A stretch of DNA of 35,477 nt from a virus. The DNA is taken from the IMG/VR virus record IMGVR_UViG_3300045988_127269; one strand, written 5' to 3'. The number at the start of each line of letters is the position of its first letter. The first letter of the stretch is position 1. The position numbers and the translations under genes were made by a program. The notes below the pieces were generated by a model that was not told the origin of the DNA, did no database searches, and was given only the letters and a program-made list of their open reading frames with translations. Positions 17,561 to 27,499 of the stretch are shown piece after piece.

Positions 17561-18785
17561 CTTTGTTACCTCCACCATCATTATTTTTTTGTTCATCCGT
17601 TTTATTATTCTCTGCATTTGTTTTATTACTTGACATAGCAATTTGTCCTGCTAATTCAGGAAGTGGTTTCATTCCAAATGCTGTACGAACTTCATTTTTA
17701 TAGCAACTTCCACTATCAACCAGTAAATCAAATAAATCTATTTTTTGTCCTGTATCCATAAAAATCAACTCATGTGGATATAATACAACCGCATTTCCAA
17801 AGCCTTTCTCCCTTTCCGTGAATAATCCCATTGTGATTGCTTCTCCTGTTTTCTTAATTATTGGTTCAAGACTTTTTTGATAAAAAGCTTCATATTGAGC
17901 TTTTGTATAATCTCCTGTTAATATCGGAAGAGAAACTCCCCAATTTCTTAATATCTTTTCATCAATAAATTTTAATGTTGTTGCATCTACTAATTCTATC
18001 TTGTTTTGTAATGGTATATATTCTCCTTTTATATCTAATGGTAAAAATCCACTTTCATTTTTAGAAAGTCTTTCTTCTATGGCTTTTATATTTTTTTCCA
18101 TCTTTCCATCATCTAACAAAGTGTTATATTTAATTACTCCATTAATAGAAAATGAACTCTTTAGAGCTTTAGCAACTCCTTGTAATAAAGTATCATTTAA
18201 CTCTAATGTTTTTAATAATGCTTTGTTATCTGGTTGTCCAAATTCATTTCCTCCCATTAGTTCATTTATTGAATATCTATATCTAATATGTATAACATCT
18301 GAATAAGCTAATATTGTCTCATATCCATTAAAAAACTTAAATTTAATTCCTAATTTTCCATTTGGATCTTGTAAAAAAGTAACATCTGTTGGTTGTATTG
18401 GATAAAGTGCTGTAAATTCTTTATCTCCTTTGTTATTTCTTACATAAGTTGGAATAATAAAAGCATTATAATTAAGAAATAATTGCCAAAATACTTTTTC
18501 AAAGAAATCACTCTGTGTCATTCTTTCATTTGGTTGATTTAATAATCTTTGAATTGTGCTACTTTCAACAGGTACTAAATCACTTCCATTTTTTCTGATA
18601 TGAAATGGATTTACTTTTGTCAATTCTGTTACTAAACATGATATAGCTTGTTGCACTACATCACTAGCATATATATCTTGACCAAATTGTGAAAAAATTG
18701 GAATGTATCCATTTAGCATTTCAGCATATTTCATATTATCATTTTTAGGTTTCTTAAATTTGTTAATAAATTCAATTAGATTCAA
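17541..18785 (-). CDS. HK97-family portal protein (TTG start)
   Basis: VVQQAISCLVTELTKVNPFHI...RLLNQPNERMTQSDFFEKVFWQLFLNYNAFIIP; AAGGAGG RBS before TTG. Confidence 0.92.
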   Translation of the reverse strand: MNLIEFINKFKKPKNDNMKYAEMLNGYIPIFSQFGQDIYASDVVQQAISCLVTELTKVNPFHIRKNGSDLVPVESSTIQRLLNQPNERMTQSDFFEKVFWQLFLNYNAFIIPTYVRNNKGDKEFTALYPIQPTDVTFLQDPNGKLGIKFKFFNGYETILAYSDVIHIRYRYSINELMGGNEFGQPDNKALLKTLELNDTLLQGVAKALKSSFSINGVIKYNTLLDDGKMEKNIKAIEERLSKNESGFLPLDIKGEYIPLQNKIELVDATTLKFIDEKILRNWGVSLPILTGDYTKAQYEAFYQKSLEPIIKKTGEAITMGLFTEREKGFGNAVVLYPHELIFMDTGQKIDLFDLLVDSGSCYKNEVRTAFGMKPLPELAGQIAMSSNKTNAENNKTDEQKNNDGGGNKDEQGVN

Positions 18786-18930
18786 TGCTTTTTACCTCCT
18801 TAATTTCTAAAATATCACATCCTCTATTATTCATATAAAAAGAATACATTGCCTCTTCTTGATTTATCGCATTAATATTCTCGATACGAATATTATAATT
18901 TTTTTGATATTTAATTCTATATTTTTTCAT
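18772..18930 (-). CDS. Small hypothetical protein between TerL and portal (absent from ORF track)
   Basis: Manual translation MKKYRIKYQKNYNIRIENINAINQEEAMYSFYMNNRGCDILEIKEVKSIESN; overlaps the portal start. Confidence 0.55.
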   Translation of the reverse strand: MKKYRIKYQKNYNIRIENINAINQEEAMYSFYMNNRGCDILEIKEVKSIESN

Positions 18931-18943
18931 CTACTTCTCCTTA

Positions 18944-20608
18944 CTATCTTATAAGTTTATGAAATTCATTACGATAACGTCTATATACTTCATATAGAAT
19001 AATCAATGTAACTGCTCCATCAATTCTTTTACTTGCTTGATTCTTAACTTTTACACACATTATATTTCCATAGTTGTCCATTTCCATTGCTGAATTTCCT
19101 AAACACCATTTGTCCATAGAATTTTTATTGTAGTTAATTTTTTGGTCTTGTAACTCGGCTTCTACAAGTTTCATTGCATTTGATAAAACTTTTCCTTGTA
19201 AAATCATTTCTGTTTCAAAACTAAATTCATTCATTCTATCTGTAAATGGTTTTGAAAATCTTTGATCATAACCTGCCATGTAAGTTTTTATTCCATAATT
19301 TTTATATAATTCATAAAACCAATCTGCTATTTTAGATATATCAATTTCATTTCCCTCATGTATTGTAAGTAATCCTTCTCTTGCCCATTCTTCATATTTT
19401 GCTCCTGCTTCTTTATCGTTACTATCCTGTAATTTACTTTCTGGTATCCAATAATGCGAATATACATATTTGGTTTTATCATTTGGTTTCATCAATAATA
19501 TTTTTGCATTTGATAAGTCTGTTGTTTCTGATAAGTCAACAGCACCCAAACAAAAAGAACCTCTAAAATCTTCTAGATTAAAAGGTTCTGTTTCATAGCT
19601 ATAATCTTCAAGCATTAGCCATGATTGAGCATTATTTTGTTTTATATTAAAATCTTTACAAAGAGTATGCATTCTTTTTGATTTTGATGTTTTAGATTTT
19701 TCAATTTCCCCTCTTAATGACTTCCACTTTTTTACCACTCCTAAACCCGGATTTGATTTATACCAACTTTGTTCATCTTGCCATATTTCTTCTTCACTAT
19801 CTTGTGTATATAGCCATGGTAAATAATGTATATCATTAGTTTCATCAAATAAAACTTCTCTTGCGTATTTTAATTCATTATCTAAATAACCATCATTTAT
19901 AAAACCTTCAGTTGTTAAATTTATAAATAATGGTTCATCTTTTGTTGACATTGATTTCTGCCCTGCCTCTGCTATTTCATCATTTGGTGCATCGTGGCTT
20001 TCATCCATATACATTTTGTCTATATTTCTACCATCTTTGTTTTGAGTCTTACTCGACATTTTAAAAATAGTAATATTCTTTTTTGTATTGCATATAGCAG
20101 ACATATTTTTATGTGTAATTCTCGAATGTGGATCTATTCTTTTTCTCATATTGTCTATTTCATTCCATAAAAGGCTAGCTTGTTTGTCATCATTAGATGC
20201 ACAAACAATATCCATTCCACCTTCTCCAATTCTTAAATCAGTATGAGCATCTGCTGCCATTAATGTTGTTTTGCCGTTTTTTCTTGCAATTAGTAAAATT
20301 ACATTTTGAAATCTTCTTGCCCACCTATTTAATTCTTCATCGAAAAACTTAAAAGAATAAACAACTTCTATAAATGCCTTCTCCCAAAGCAATAATTGCA
20401 TTGGAACATTATAGAATGGCTTTTTACTTTGTAAACACAAATTTTCCATAAATTCTATTCTTAAATGGCTTTCACTTGTATCATATCTGTATTGGGGATT
20501 ATCTAAATCTTTAATTAATTTTTGTAATTCTGTTTTTAATTCTAATCCAACTATTATATTTCCTTTTTGTATTTCTTCATAATATTGTTTTAAATAATTA
20601 ACCTCCAA
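18944..20608 (-). CDS. Phage terminase large subunit
   Basis: RRFQNVILLIARKNGKTTLMAA (Walker A), DIVCASNDDKQASLLWNEI, NIDKMYMDESHDAPN (Walker B-like), FCLGAVDLSETTDLSN nuclease motif. Confidence 0.94.
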   Translation of the reverse strand: MEVNYLKQYYEEIQKGNIIVGLELKTELQKLIKDLDNPQYRYDTSESHLRIEFMENLCLQSKKPFYNVPMQLLLWEKAFIEVVYSFKFFDEELNRWARRFQNVILLIARKNGKTTLMAADAHTDLRIGEGGMDIVCASNDDKQASLLWNEIDNMRKRIDPHSRITHKNMSAICNTKKNITIFKMSSKTQNKDGRNIDKMYMDESHDAPNDEIAEAGQKSMSTKDEPLFINLTTEGFINDGYLDNELKYAREVLFDETNDIHYLPWLYTQDSEEEIWQDEQSWYKSNPGLGVVKKWKSLRGEIEKSKTSKSKRMHTLCKDFNIKQNNAQSWLMLEDYSYETEPFNLEDFRGSFCLGAVDLSETTDLSNAKILLMKPNDKTKYVYSHYWIPESKLQDSNDKEAGAKYEEWAREGLLTIHEGNEIDISKIADWFYELYKNYGIKTYMAGYDQRFSKPFTDRMNEFSFETEMILQGKVLSNAMKLVEAELQDQKINYNKNSMDKWCLGNSAMEMDNYGNIMCVKVKNQASKRIDGAVTLIILYEVYRRYRNEFHKLIR

Positions 20609-20912
20609 ATTTTTGTCGCTCCTCTAGGAATTTTTGAACTGGATCGTCTTCTATTTCATGTCCATTTATCATGGAATACAACATTCTTATTGCATTCATA
20701 TAGCTTTGTGAACATTCTTTATACAATTTTGAAGCTTTAGTTGTTCTTTGTTGGGTTGGATTTTTAGGATTTACTTGTATAAATGGTAATTTTTTTAATT
20801 CCTCCATTCGTTCTTCCAAAAAGGCTATATTGTCTAACATTGGATTTATTAATTGTTTCTTGTTATCCTCTATATCTTTAAAAATTTCATCTAATTTTTC
20901 CCTTCTTGTCAA
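20598..20912 (-). CDS. Terminase-associated protein, possibly P27-like small subunit
   Basis: Overlaps TerL start; ends DDPVQKFLEERQKFGG as in P27-like proteins. Confidence 0.6.
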   Translation of the reverse strand: MTRREKLDEIFKDIEDNKKQLINPMLDNIAFLEERMEELKKLPFIQVNPKNPTQQRTTKASKLYKECSQSYMNAIRMLYSMINGHEIEDDPVQKFLEERQKFGG

Positions 20913-21036
20913 ATATAATCCCTTCTTTCTGTATCTATTTTTTTAATTCAAGAAAAAATGAAAATTTTACTTCGTGTGAAAAAGAGGTTCCCCTTACAGT
21001 CCCCACCAAAAACATTTATGGTGTCTTGGAGGGGGG

Positions 21037-21705
21037 CTATTCTTGAAAACTCTCAAACCATTCTTCAATGTATTTTTTCCAATTTTCATCTTTTGCTCTA
21101 CTTAAACATATTTCTTCATCACAATCAATATATATAAGCTCTGCACCTAGTTTATCAGCAAGTCTTTGTCTTTCCATCTTTAATGGATATGTTCCTACAA
21201 TAAAAGCATTCTGCCAGTTTCCTAGTCTCATCTTTACTTGATCTATTAAACAATTTCTTGTTTCAAAAATATTTTGTTGCAACTTTCTTGGTTTGTTATA
21301 TTTATCGCAGAAGCTTATGCATTCCCATATCTTGTCTATATCTATAATTAAATCATCAGCTGTCCCCATATTTTTAACCCATGTAGATTTACCAGCACAA
21401 GGAGATCCATAAACTATATACACTTTCTTTGGCAATTCATATCCAAAACGATGATGTACTTTATTATGGCATTTAAAATGTATTAACATTATATTATCAG
21501 GATTAAGACTTATATTGTAATCATTAACATTGCTATTATTTAATGGTATTTTATGATGTCCAATACAATCATAAGCTTTTACTATCTCTTCTCCACAATA
21601 TTCACAAATTAGTTTTTCTTCATCATTTACTCTTTCTAATCTTAGATTCTTTAATAAATTTTGCCATTCTTTTGATTTATATAAATCATGAGCATTTTCA
21701 AACAT
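21037..21705 (-). CDS. Fusion: N-terminal HNH endonuclease + C-terminal P-loop kinase-like domain
   Basis: CEYCG...AYDCIGHHKIPLNNSNVNDYNISLNPDNIMLIHFKCHNKVHHRFG (HNH with Cys zinc ligands) followed by KVYIVYGSPCAGKSTWVKNM (Walker A) and LIIDIDKI. Confidence 0.85.
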   Translation of the reverse strand: MFENAHDLYKSKEWQNLLKNLRLERVNDEEKLICEYCGEEIVKAYDCIGHHKIPLNNSNVNDYNISLNPDNIMLIHFKCHNKVHHRFGYELPKKVYIVYGSPCAGKSTWVKNMGTADDLIIDIDKIWECISFCDKYNKPRKLQQNIFETRNCLIDQVKMRLGNWQNAFIVGTYPLKMERQRLADKLGAELIYIDCDEEICLSRAKDENWKKYIEEWFESFQE

Positions 21706-21718
21706 AATCTATTTTCCT

Positions 21719-22339
21719 TTACCATAATTCATTTTCTGCTTGTTTTTCTTTAAGTTCTAATTCACGTTTGCTAAATCCTAGTTTAATCATGTTTTCTCTA
21801 CCTTTTCTTTTTGCTTCTGAAACTCTTGTTAAACTATCTTCTATTTTCTGTATCTTATCAATTGTTGGTTCCGCTTCTGTTGTAGTTTCTATACTTCCTT
21901 GACTATTCTTCTTTTTTATACTACCTACTGTCATATCTTTATCTGATTGTTCTAATTTATTTATTCTTCGCATCATTCTTAATTCACGAATGGTCAACAT
22001 TTTATATTCTTCTATGTATCCATCTAATAATTTATCTGTACTTTCTATTTTCATATTTTTGAATAATTGCTTTTCCTCTTCTGTTAATACACTTTGATAA
22101 ATATTTTCATATTCTCCTGTTGTTACAGCATTCTTATTTTCTGTTGCTGGGTGTCCACCTTTATTGTTCTTTGCATTTTTATTTCCTTTAAGAACTTCGC
22201 TTTTTTCTCTAGTTAGATTATATTTTCTTATAATCTTCTTCAAATCAGGCAAGGTAATGTTGTATTTTTTAAATATGTCTTTATATCGCATTCCCTGTAA
22301 ATAATCATTCTTTATTTTTTCTTCTTTATTTTGTGTCAA
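21719..22339 (-). CDS. Terminase small subunit-like protein (PBSX-type N-terminus)
   Basis: HTH N-term plus GNKNAKNNKGGHPATENKNAVTTGEYENIY signature. Confidence 0.82.
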   Translation of the reverse strand: MTQNKEEKIKNDYLQGMRYKDIFKKYNITLPDLKKIIRKYNLTREKSEVLKGNKNAKNNKGGHPATENKNAVTTGEYENIYQSVLTEEEKQLFKNMKIESTDKLLDGYIEEYKMLTIRELRMMRRINKLEQSDKDMTVGSIKKKNSQGSIETTTEAEPTIDKIQKIEDSLTRVSEAKRKGRENMIKLGFSKRELELKEKQAENELW

Positions 22340-22358
22340 TACAACTCACCCACCTCCA

Positions 22359-23393
22359 TTACCTTTTTAAACAATCTAAAAACTGCAATTTTATTTCATT
22401 TGCAATTTTCTTCATCATTATCGGTGGAACACTCATTCCACATATATATTGAACATTTTGTCCACAAAAGTTATAATCTTGTGGAAATGTTTGAATTAAT
22501 TTTATATCTCTATCGCTTATTGATGCAGGAACATCAAATCTTAAAAACAAACCTCCTGCTGCTAATGTATTTGGTATTCTGTCATCTTTTACAAATTGTG
22601 TATTAAAACTACTAATTTTACCATTTTCAGTTCTTTCAATAGTATCACATAAACTATTATCTTTTCTGCTTCTTTTTAACCATCTTTGATATAGCATAGT
22701 ATCTTTATTGATTGGTTTATATTCTGTATCTTTTATTTGTCCGTATGTTATAAATTCTTCATTGAATTCTAACTTTATTTTTGGGAGTTCTAAATCTTTT
22801 CTCGTTGCTATAAAGAAAACTCTTTCTCTTTTTTGTGGTACACCCATTCTTGCTGAATTTAATAAAAATATTTGTGTTTTATATCCCACTTCATCTAATT
22901 TTTTTATTATTAAATTAACATATCCTTTAGCATTTCCCATTAATATTCCTTTTACATTTTCGGCAACAATTATTTTTGGTTTTAATTTTTCAGCTAGCTT
23001 TATAAATTCAAAAAATAAATCATCTAAAACTTGATATGCTTGACCTTCTCTAAATTTTTTACTTTTTCCCCAATTTTTTTCTCTTTCTCCAGCTAATGAA
23101 AAAGTGCTACATGGAGGACTGCCATCTAATATATCTAAATTATATAATTCTTTAGGATAATCTTTTAAAGCAATCATTTCTTGAATTGGCATACAGTAAT
23201 TATATTTAGGATCATGATTTTTTACATATACTTCATTTATTTTTTTATCTATTTCGCAATTTCCTATAACATTATATCCTGCTAATTTATATCCCATAGT
23301 TGAACCGCCACCACACGAAAAACACGAAAAGACATTATAATTATTTTTTGAAACTTGTTTTAAATCTTTTAGATTCCACTCATATTCTGGCAT
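22359..23393 (-). CDS. C5 cytosine-specific DNA methyltransferase
   Basis: FSCFSCGGGSTMGYKLAGYNVIGNCEID, LDGSPPCSTFS (catalytic PC), AENVKGIL, QKRERVFFIA motifs. Confidence 0.93.
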   Translation of the reverse strand: MPEYEWNLKDLKQVSKNNYNVFSCFSCGGGSTMGYKLAGYNVIGNCEIDKKINEVYVKNHDPKYNYCMPIQEMIALKDYPKELYNLDILDGSPPCSTFSLAGEREKNWGKSKKFREGQAYQVLDDLFFEFIKLAEKLKPKIIVAENVKGILMGNAKGYVNLIIKKLDEVGYKTQIFLLNSARMGVPQKRERVFFIATRKDLELPKIKLEFNEEFITYGQIKDTEYKPINKDTMLYQRWLKRSRKDNSLCDTIERTENGKISSFNTQFVKDDRIPNTLAAGGLFLRFDVPASISDRDIKLIQTFPQDYNFCGQNVQYICGMSVPPIMMKKIANEIKLQFLDCLKR

Positions 23394-23403
23394 TGTATTC
23401 TCC

Positions 23404-23910
23404 TTATTTTTTTATATCAAACATAAAACCACATTTAGGACATTGACATTTGAATTTATCATCACCAAATTCTGTTAGTTCAACTTCTTTATTATCATTG
23501 ATTACTTCTTCCGCTTCTTTAAATATTTTTTCTATTTCATTTTCATCAAAACCTGTTATATCTAAATCGTAATTGCTATCTCTTAACTCTGAAAGCAATT
23601 CTTCCAATTTATCATTGTCCCATTCTCCAGATATTTTATTAAGTGCTATATTTAATGCTTTTTCTTTGTTTTTATCTAAATCAACAATATTGCAATCTAT
23701 TTCTGTATATCCTAGTTCCTTTAATACCTTTAATCTTTGATGTCCACTTATAACAGTCATATCTGTATTAACTATAATCGGTGCAACATATCCAAATTCA
23801 ACTAGGCTTCTCTTTATTCTTTGATATTCTACATTTTCTGGTTTTAAATCTATTCTTGGATTGTATTCTGCCGGTTTTAGATTTGCGATTTTTATTTTTC
23901 TTATATTCAT
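23404..23910 (-). CDS. ParB/Srx-like nuclease-domain protein (phage)
   Basis: IKIANLKPAEYNPRIDLK...VISGHQRLKVLKELGYTEIDCNIVDLD; AAGGAG RBS before ATG 23910. Confidence 0.9.
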   Translation of the reverse strand: MNIRKIKIANLKPAEYNPRIDLKPENVEYQRIKRSLVEFGYVAPIIVNTDMTVISGHQRLKVLKELGYTEIDCNIVDLDKNKEKALNIALNKISGEWDNDKLEELLSELRDSNYDLDITGFDENEIEKIFKEAEEVINDNKEVELTEFGDDKFKCQCPKCGFMFDIKK

Positions 23911-23986
23911 CTTTATACTCCTTAAAACATCTTGTTTCATATTTGCAATTTTTACATTCTCTTGTCATACATCTACCAATATCCAT
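23798..23986 (-). CDS. Small Cys-rich basic ORF overlapping parB start
   Basis: MDIGRCMTRECKNCKYETRCF...; AGAGG upstream; overlaps parB by about 110 nt. Confidence 0.35.
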   Translation of the reverse strand: MDIGRCMTRECKNCKYETRCFKEYKDEYKKNKNRKSKTGRIQSKNRFKTRKCRISKNKEKPS

Positions 23987-24092
23987 AGATATACCTCTTT
24001 ACACATTAGTATAATAAAAAAGCTCGTAGGCTTTTTTGCTTACGAACTTTTTATACATTTATTACTATATATATTATATCACACATTTTGTA

Positions 24093-24509
24093 TCATTTTG
24101 TGTCAAGTTTTTTTAATGTCCTATAATATATATTTCTTACATTCTCGTATGTATTATTTGTTTTCATTGCAATTTCTTCAAAACTCATATCTGTTATAAA
24201 TCTGTATTCCATAACAGATTTTGCAATAGGATCTTCTATTGTGTCAATTACTTTTGTTAATTCTTCTAATTCAAGAGGAATCTCCTTTTCTAATCTTTTT
24301 TGCTTTTTTTCGTACATCTCAATTTTGTAATGTGTAATAACATCATATCCTTCTATCTTTACATTATGAGGATAACCAGTTTTATAATCTTTCGCAAAGT
24401 CAGTAACTATTTTGGGCTTTGCCCTTAATTTTTCAATTATCTTTTTTGTAGTATTTAATTCTTTATTCTTTTTCAAATATCTACTTAATGCTTTAATTTC
24501 CATATACAC
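24093..24509 (-). CDS. Sigma-70 region 4-like/ArpU- or RinA-type phage late regulator
   Basis: C-term VMEYRFITDMSFEEIAMKTNNTYENVRNIYYRTLKKL (sigma region 4-like HTH); position at early/late junction. Confidence 0.7.
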   Translation of the reverse strand: MYMEIKALSRYLKKNKELNTTKKIIEKLRAKPKIVTDFAKDYKTGYPHNVKIEGYDVITHYKIEMYEKKQKRLEKEIPLELEELTKVIDTIEDPIAKSVMEYRFITDMSFEEIAMKTNNTYENVRNIYYRTLKKLDTK

Positions 24510-24739
24510 ACCACCTTTTCTTTTCCGTTTCTCTTAATCTAAATTTGTATGTATTATAATTTTCTAAATCTTTTTGCACATTAATCTTTTGTCCTCCTAT
24601 TCAAAAAATTTATAATTTTTTCCTTTAATTTCAACTATTTGACATCTCTAAATTTTCTATTGTGTTCGTTTTTGTTTTTTTATTGTTCATAATAAATTTT
24701 TTTATTATTTTCTTACAGCTACCTATGGTTATTGTTTTT

Positions 24740-25204
24740 TTATATTCTATCGTTTTTTATTTTATTGTTTTTATATGAATTATTGACTATATTGTAATAT
24801 CTCAAATATGTATATTTGTCTTTATTTCCTTGAACAATCTTATTTATTTCATTTCGTTGTATTCCTTCACTTTGCAAGAGTTTAATAAATTTCTTTTTGC
24901 TTATTTTTTTATCCAAAATAGGATATATAGCTTTATACAAATTATTAACAGCTTTCTTTGTCATATCAAATATATCTACACTTATTTCTGCTATTGTATT
25001 AGCAATTTGTTCAAATGCTTCCACTACTGGTTTCATAACGTCATCAATAAGTTTTTTTATTTTCTTTTCCGCTTCTATATATTCCTCTTCTGATAGTCCT
25101 ACTTTTAAATTATCTCCATCACAAATCATTTCAGAAAAATATCCACTTTTGTTTAAGCATTGAACTTGTCCAATTGTAATATTTTTATAATCAATTTGTT
25201 TCAT
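24740..25204 (-). CDS. Hypothetical phage protein
   Basis: ORF in operon context. Confidence 0.5.
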   Translation of the reverse strand: MKQIDYKNITIGQVQCLNKSGYFSEMICDGDNLKVGLSEEEYIEAEKKIKKLIDDVMKPVVEAFEQIANTIAEISVDIFDMTKKAVNNLYKAIYPILDKKISKKKFIKLLQSEGIQRNEINKIVQGNKDKYTYLRYYNIVNNSYKNNKIKNDRI

Positions 25205-25739
25205 TATCTATTCCCCCTTCTTTATCTATCAATTCATCTCCCCAATATAAATCATACATTGGATTTTCTACTCTTTTATTACAATAATCACTTACTGTTT
25301 GTCGACTTATAAATAAATTCTTTGCTGCATCTCTTGTACCTTTAAAAACTTTTATTATAACACCTTCATTATCAAGCATTACAATTGATTTTCTATGAGA
25401 TTGCCAACCAGTCCTTTTACCCGCTTCTGATCTAGTTGTAATTTGAAGATTTGATAATCTATTGTCTGATATTATTTCATTTTTGTGATATGCTACCTCT
25501 TCTGCTTTTAATTTTCTATTAAATGTTTCAATTACAAGTTTTGCTACATTGTAGTCCTTTCCTTTTTCATCAATATGTAATTTTATTACTTGTATTGAAC
25601 CTTTTCTAAATGTTTTTAAATATCTATATTTGTATTTATAAAATCTTCTGACTCTTCCATAATTACTAATTTCATATTTAGAATTTAATATTCTTTCCCA
25701 TATTTCATCTTTATATTTTATTTCTTGTGTTTTTTTCAT
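25191..25739 (-). CDS. NUMOD4/HNH homing-endonuclease-like protein with C-terminal NUMOD1/IENR-like HTH
   Basis: EIWERILNSKYEISNYGRVRRF (NUMOD4), VAYHKNEIISDNRLSNLQITTRSE (HNH-like), IKVFKGTRDAAKNLFISRQTVSDYCNKR. Confidence 0.8.
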   Translation of the reverse strand: MKKTQEIKYKDEIWERILNSKYEISNYGRVRRFYKYKYRYLKTFRKGSIQVIKLHIDEKGKDYNVAKLVIETFNRKLKAEEVAYHKNEIISDNRLSNLQITTRSEAGKRTGWQSHRKSIVMLDNEGVIIKVFKGTRDAAKNLFISRQTVSDYCNKRVENPMYDLYWGDELIDKEGGIDNETN

Positions 25740-25921
25740 TTATTTTTTCCTTTAAAAAATTCTTTCCAAAAAGATGACATTTTTTCTACTTTTTCCAGTA
25801 CAACATCTAATATTGGTTGTCCAATTTCCATTGCCAATCCCATTATGTTTGCAAATATCCAAAACATAAAATATATTGGACTAAGTAATACAACTAATAT
25901 TTTAAATAATATCTCTTTCAT
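25736..25921 (-). CDS. Small membrane protein
   Basis: Hydrophobic N-terminus; operon context. Confidence 0.45.
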   Translation of the reverse strand: MKEILFKILVVLLSPIYFMFWIFANIMGLAMEIGQPILDVVLEKVEKMSSFWKEFFKGKNK

Positions 25922-26118
25922 AAATTCTCCTTACTATTCCCTTGATATATTTTTAGCATTCTTATTACATCATTGTAGGTATCCAATTGTCCTTCGTAAT
26001 AATCTTTTGAATGAAATAAAGTCATGTTTTGTTTTTCAATAATATTTTCAGTATTTGTTCTTGATACTTCTAAATGTTCTATTATGCTTTGTAAATTTTC
26101 TAAATCCAGTTTTCCCAT
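25918..26118 (-). CDS. Hypothetical phage protein
   Basis: Short overlap with neighbours. Confidence 0.5.
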   Translation of the reverse strand: MGKLDLENLQSIIEHLEVSRTNTENIIEKQNMTLFHSKDYYEGQLDTYNDVIRMLKIYQGNSKENL

Positions 26119-26119
26119 C

Positions 26120-26464
26120 TTAATCCCCCCACACTTCTTTTCGTATTCTTTCTTCTTCCGCTTCTTCTTGTTTCCATATTTCTTTTTCTAAAGCCTTTTT
26201 CTTTTTATTGGCTTCATCAATCATTTCATTAACTACTTTTAATACTGTTTCTTTGTCTTTTCCGGTTTCTTCCATAATAATTTTTATTGTTGCTGCTACT
26301 CCCATTAAAATATCTGCAACTTTTATACCATCTTTTACAAAATATACATTTATCGCTTCTTCATCTTTTGTGAATGTTACAAATTCTTTTTCATCATAAT
26401 AACATCCTTTGCATCCCATTTTTTCAACTCTGCAAGTATCCCATTCTTTTCCTGTACACTTCAT
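26120..26464 (-). CDS. Hypothetical phage protein with N-terminal Cys motif
   Basis: CRVEKMGCKGCYYDEKEFVTF. Confidence 0.55.
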   Translation of the reverse strand: MKCTGKEWDTCRVEKMGCKGCYYDEKEFVTFTKDEEAINVYFVKDGIKVADILMGVAATIKIIMEETGKDKETVLKVVNEMIDEANKKKKALEKEIWKQEEAEEERIRKEVWGD

Positions 26465-26486
26465 CTTTTAGTACCTCCATATAAAT

Positions 26487-26711
26487 TTAATTTTTCATTT
26501 TGCTTTGTCTTTCTTTTATAAAATCATCATATAATCTTGATTTCATCGTGTCTGTTTCCGGCTCATATATTAATTGTAAACTTGTATTGCAATGCAAACA
26601 TCTTCCTTGTCCTAAATCAAACATGCCCATTTTATGAAATATTGATTTTGTTGCATATATCTCTTTATTACAATTACAACATATAACTTTATATTTTTTT
26701 GTTTCAGCCAT
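26487..26711 (-). CDS. Small zinc-ribbon protein
   Basis: KVICCNCNKEIYATK...GQGRCLHCNTSLQLIYEPE. Confidence 0.6.
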   Translation of the reverse strand: MAETKKYKVICCNCNKEIYATKSIFHKMGMFDLGQGRCLHCNTSLQLIYEPETDTMKSRLYDDFIKERQSKMKN

Positions 26712-26714
26712 TGA

Positions 26715-27203
26715 TTATTCCTCCTTTGTAAAACAATATTCATCTAATTTTGCATCACAAAATTTTATACTGTTTGGTGTTGTCTCTCCTATTTGTCCAT
26801 TTTCATATTCTACTAATCCAACTTCAAATTCTTGACCTAATAAATTTTTTGTATGTACCCATTTATGAAATAATGCTTTTTTATTTCTAACTATACATGG
26901 TCTGTATTCACTATTTATTCTTTTTTTATTTAATAACTCATTGTATTCACTTTGAATTCTGTCTGCTATTTCTCGTAATTCGTTATTTTCTAGGTATATC
27001 GTTTCATAATCGCTTTCCTTATATCTTTTAATGAAATCTAATATTTGTCTTGTTGCTATTTTTAAATAATTAACTCTTTCTCCTATAATAATCACATTAT
27101 CAAATACACATTTTTCTAATATATATGCAGCAGCTTCTATATCTTCTCCCTTTAATATATTGCTTTTAGCTAATTGCATTTTTTGTATCTGTTCTTCTGT
27201 CAT
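26715..27203 (-). CDS. Hypothetical phage protein
   Basis: ORF and operon context. Confidence 0.55.
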   Translation of the reverse strand: MTEEQIQKMQLAKSNILKGEDIEAAAYILEKCVFDNVIIIGERVNYLKIATRQILDFIKRYKESDYETIYLENNELREIADRIQSEYNELLNKKRINSEYRPCIVRNKKALFHKWVHTKNLLGQEFEVGLVEYENGQIGETTPNSIKFCDAKLDEYCFTKEE

Positions 27204-27499
27204 TTTATTTTTTCCTCCAATCCTTTTATTGCATTAGTCCAACATTTTGTACAGCCAATACTTTCATAATCGCAAATATCCTCTTCTTTTTGTTTGTCTA
27301 TTTTTTCTGATCCAAATATATTTGATGGACACATATTTATTCCACCATCACAAAATATTTGATGACATCCTTCTTCTGTTGCATTTTCTATTACTATTTT
27401 CATTATTTCTTTATATGTAATATTGGTTTCAAGATTTTCTGTAAATATCACTTTCTTTTTTCCCGACATATCATAAATATTACTCATGAATTGAATCAC
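27200..27499 (-). CDS. Hypothetical phage protein, Cys-rich
   Basis: ORF and operon context. Confidence 0.5.
   Translation of the reverse strand: MIQFMSNIYDMSGKKKVIFTENLETNITYKEIMKIVIENATEEGCHQIFCDGGINMCPSNIFGSEKIDKQKEEDICDYESIGCTKCWTNAIKGLEEKIK

Noticed and set aside
22359-23393. A restriction-modification system
   Set aside because: Only the methyltransferase is present. The neighbouring ParB-like, terminase and HNH-kinase genes are better explained by phage functions.
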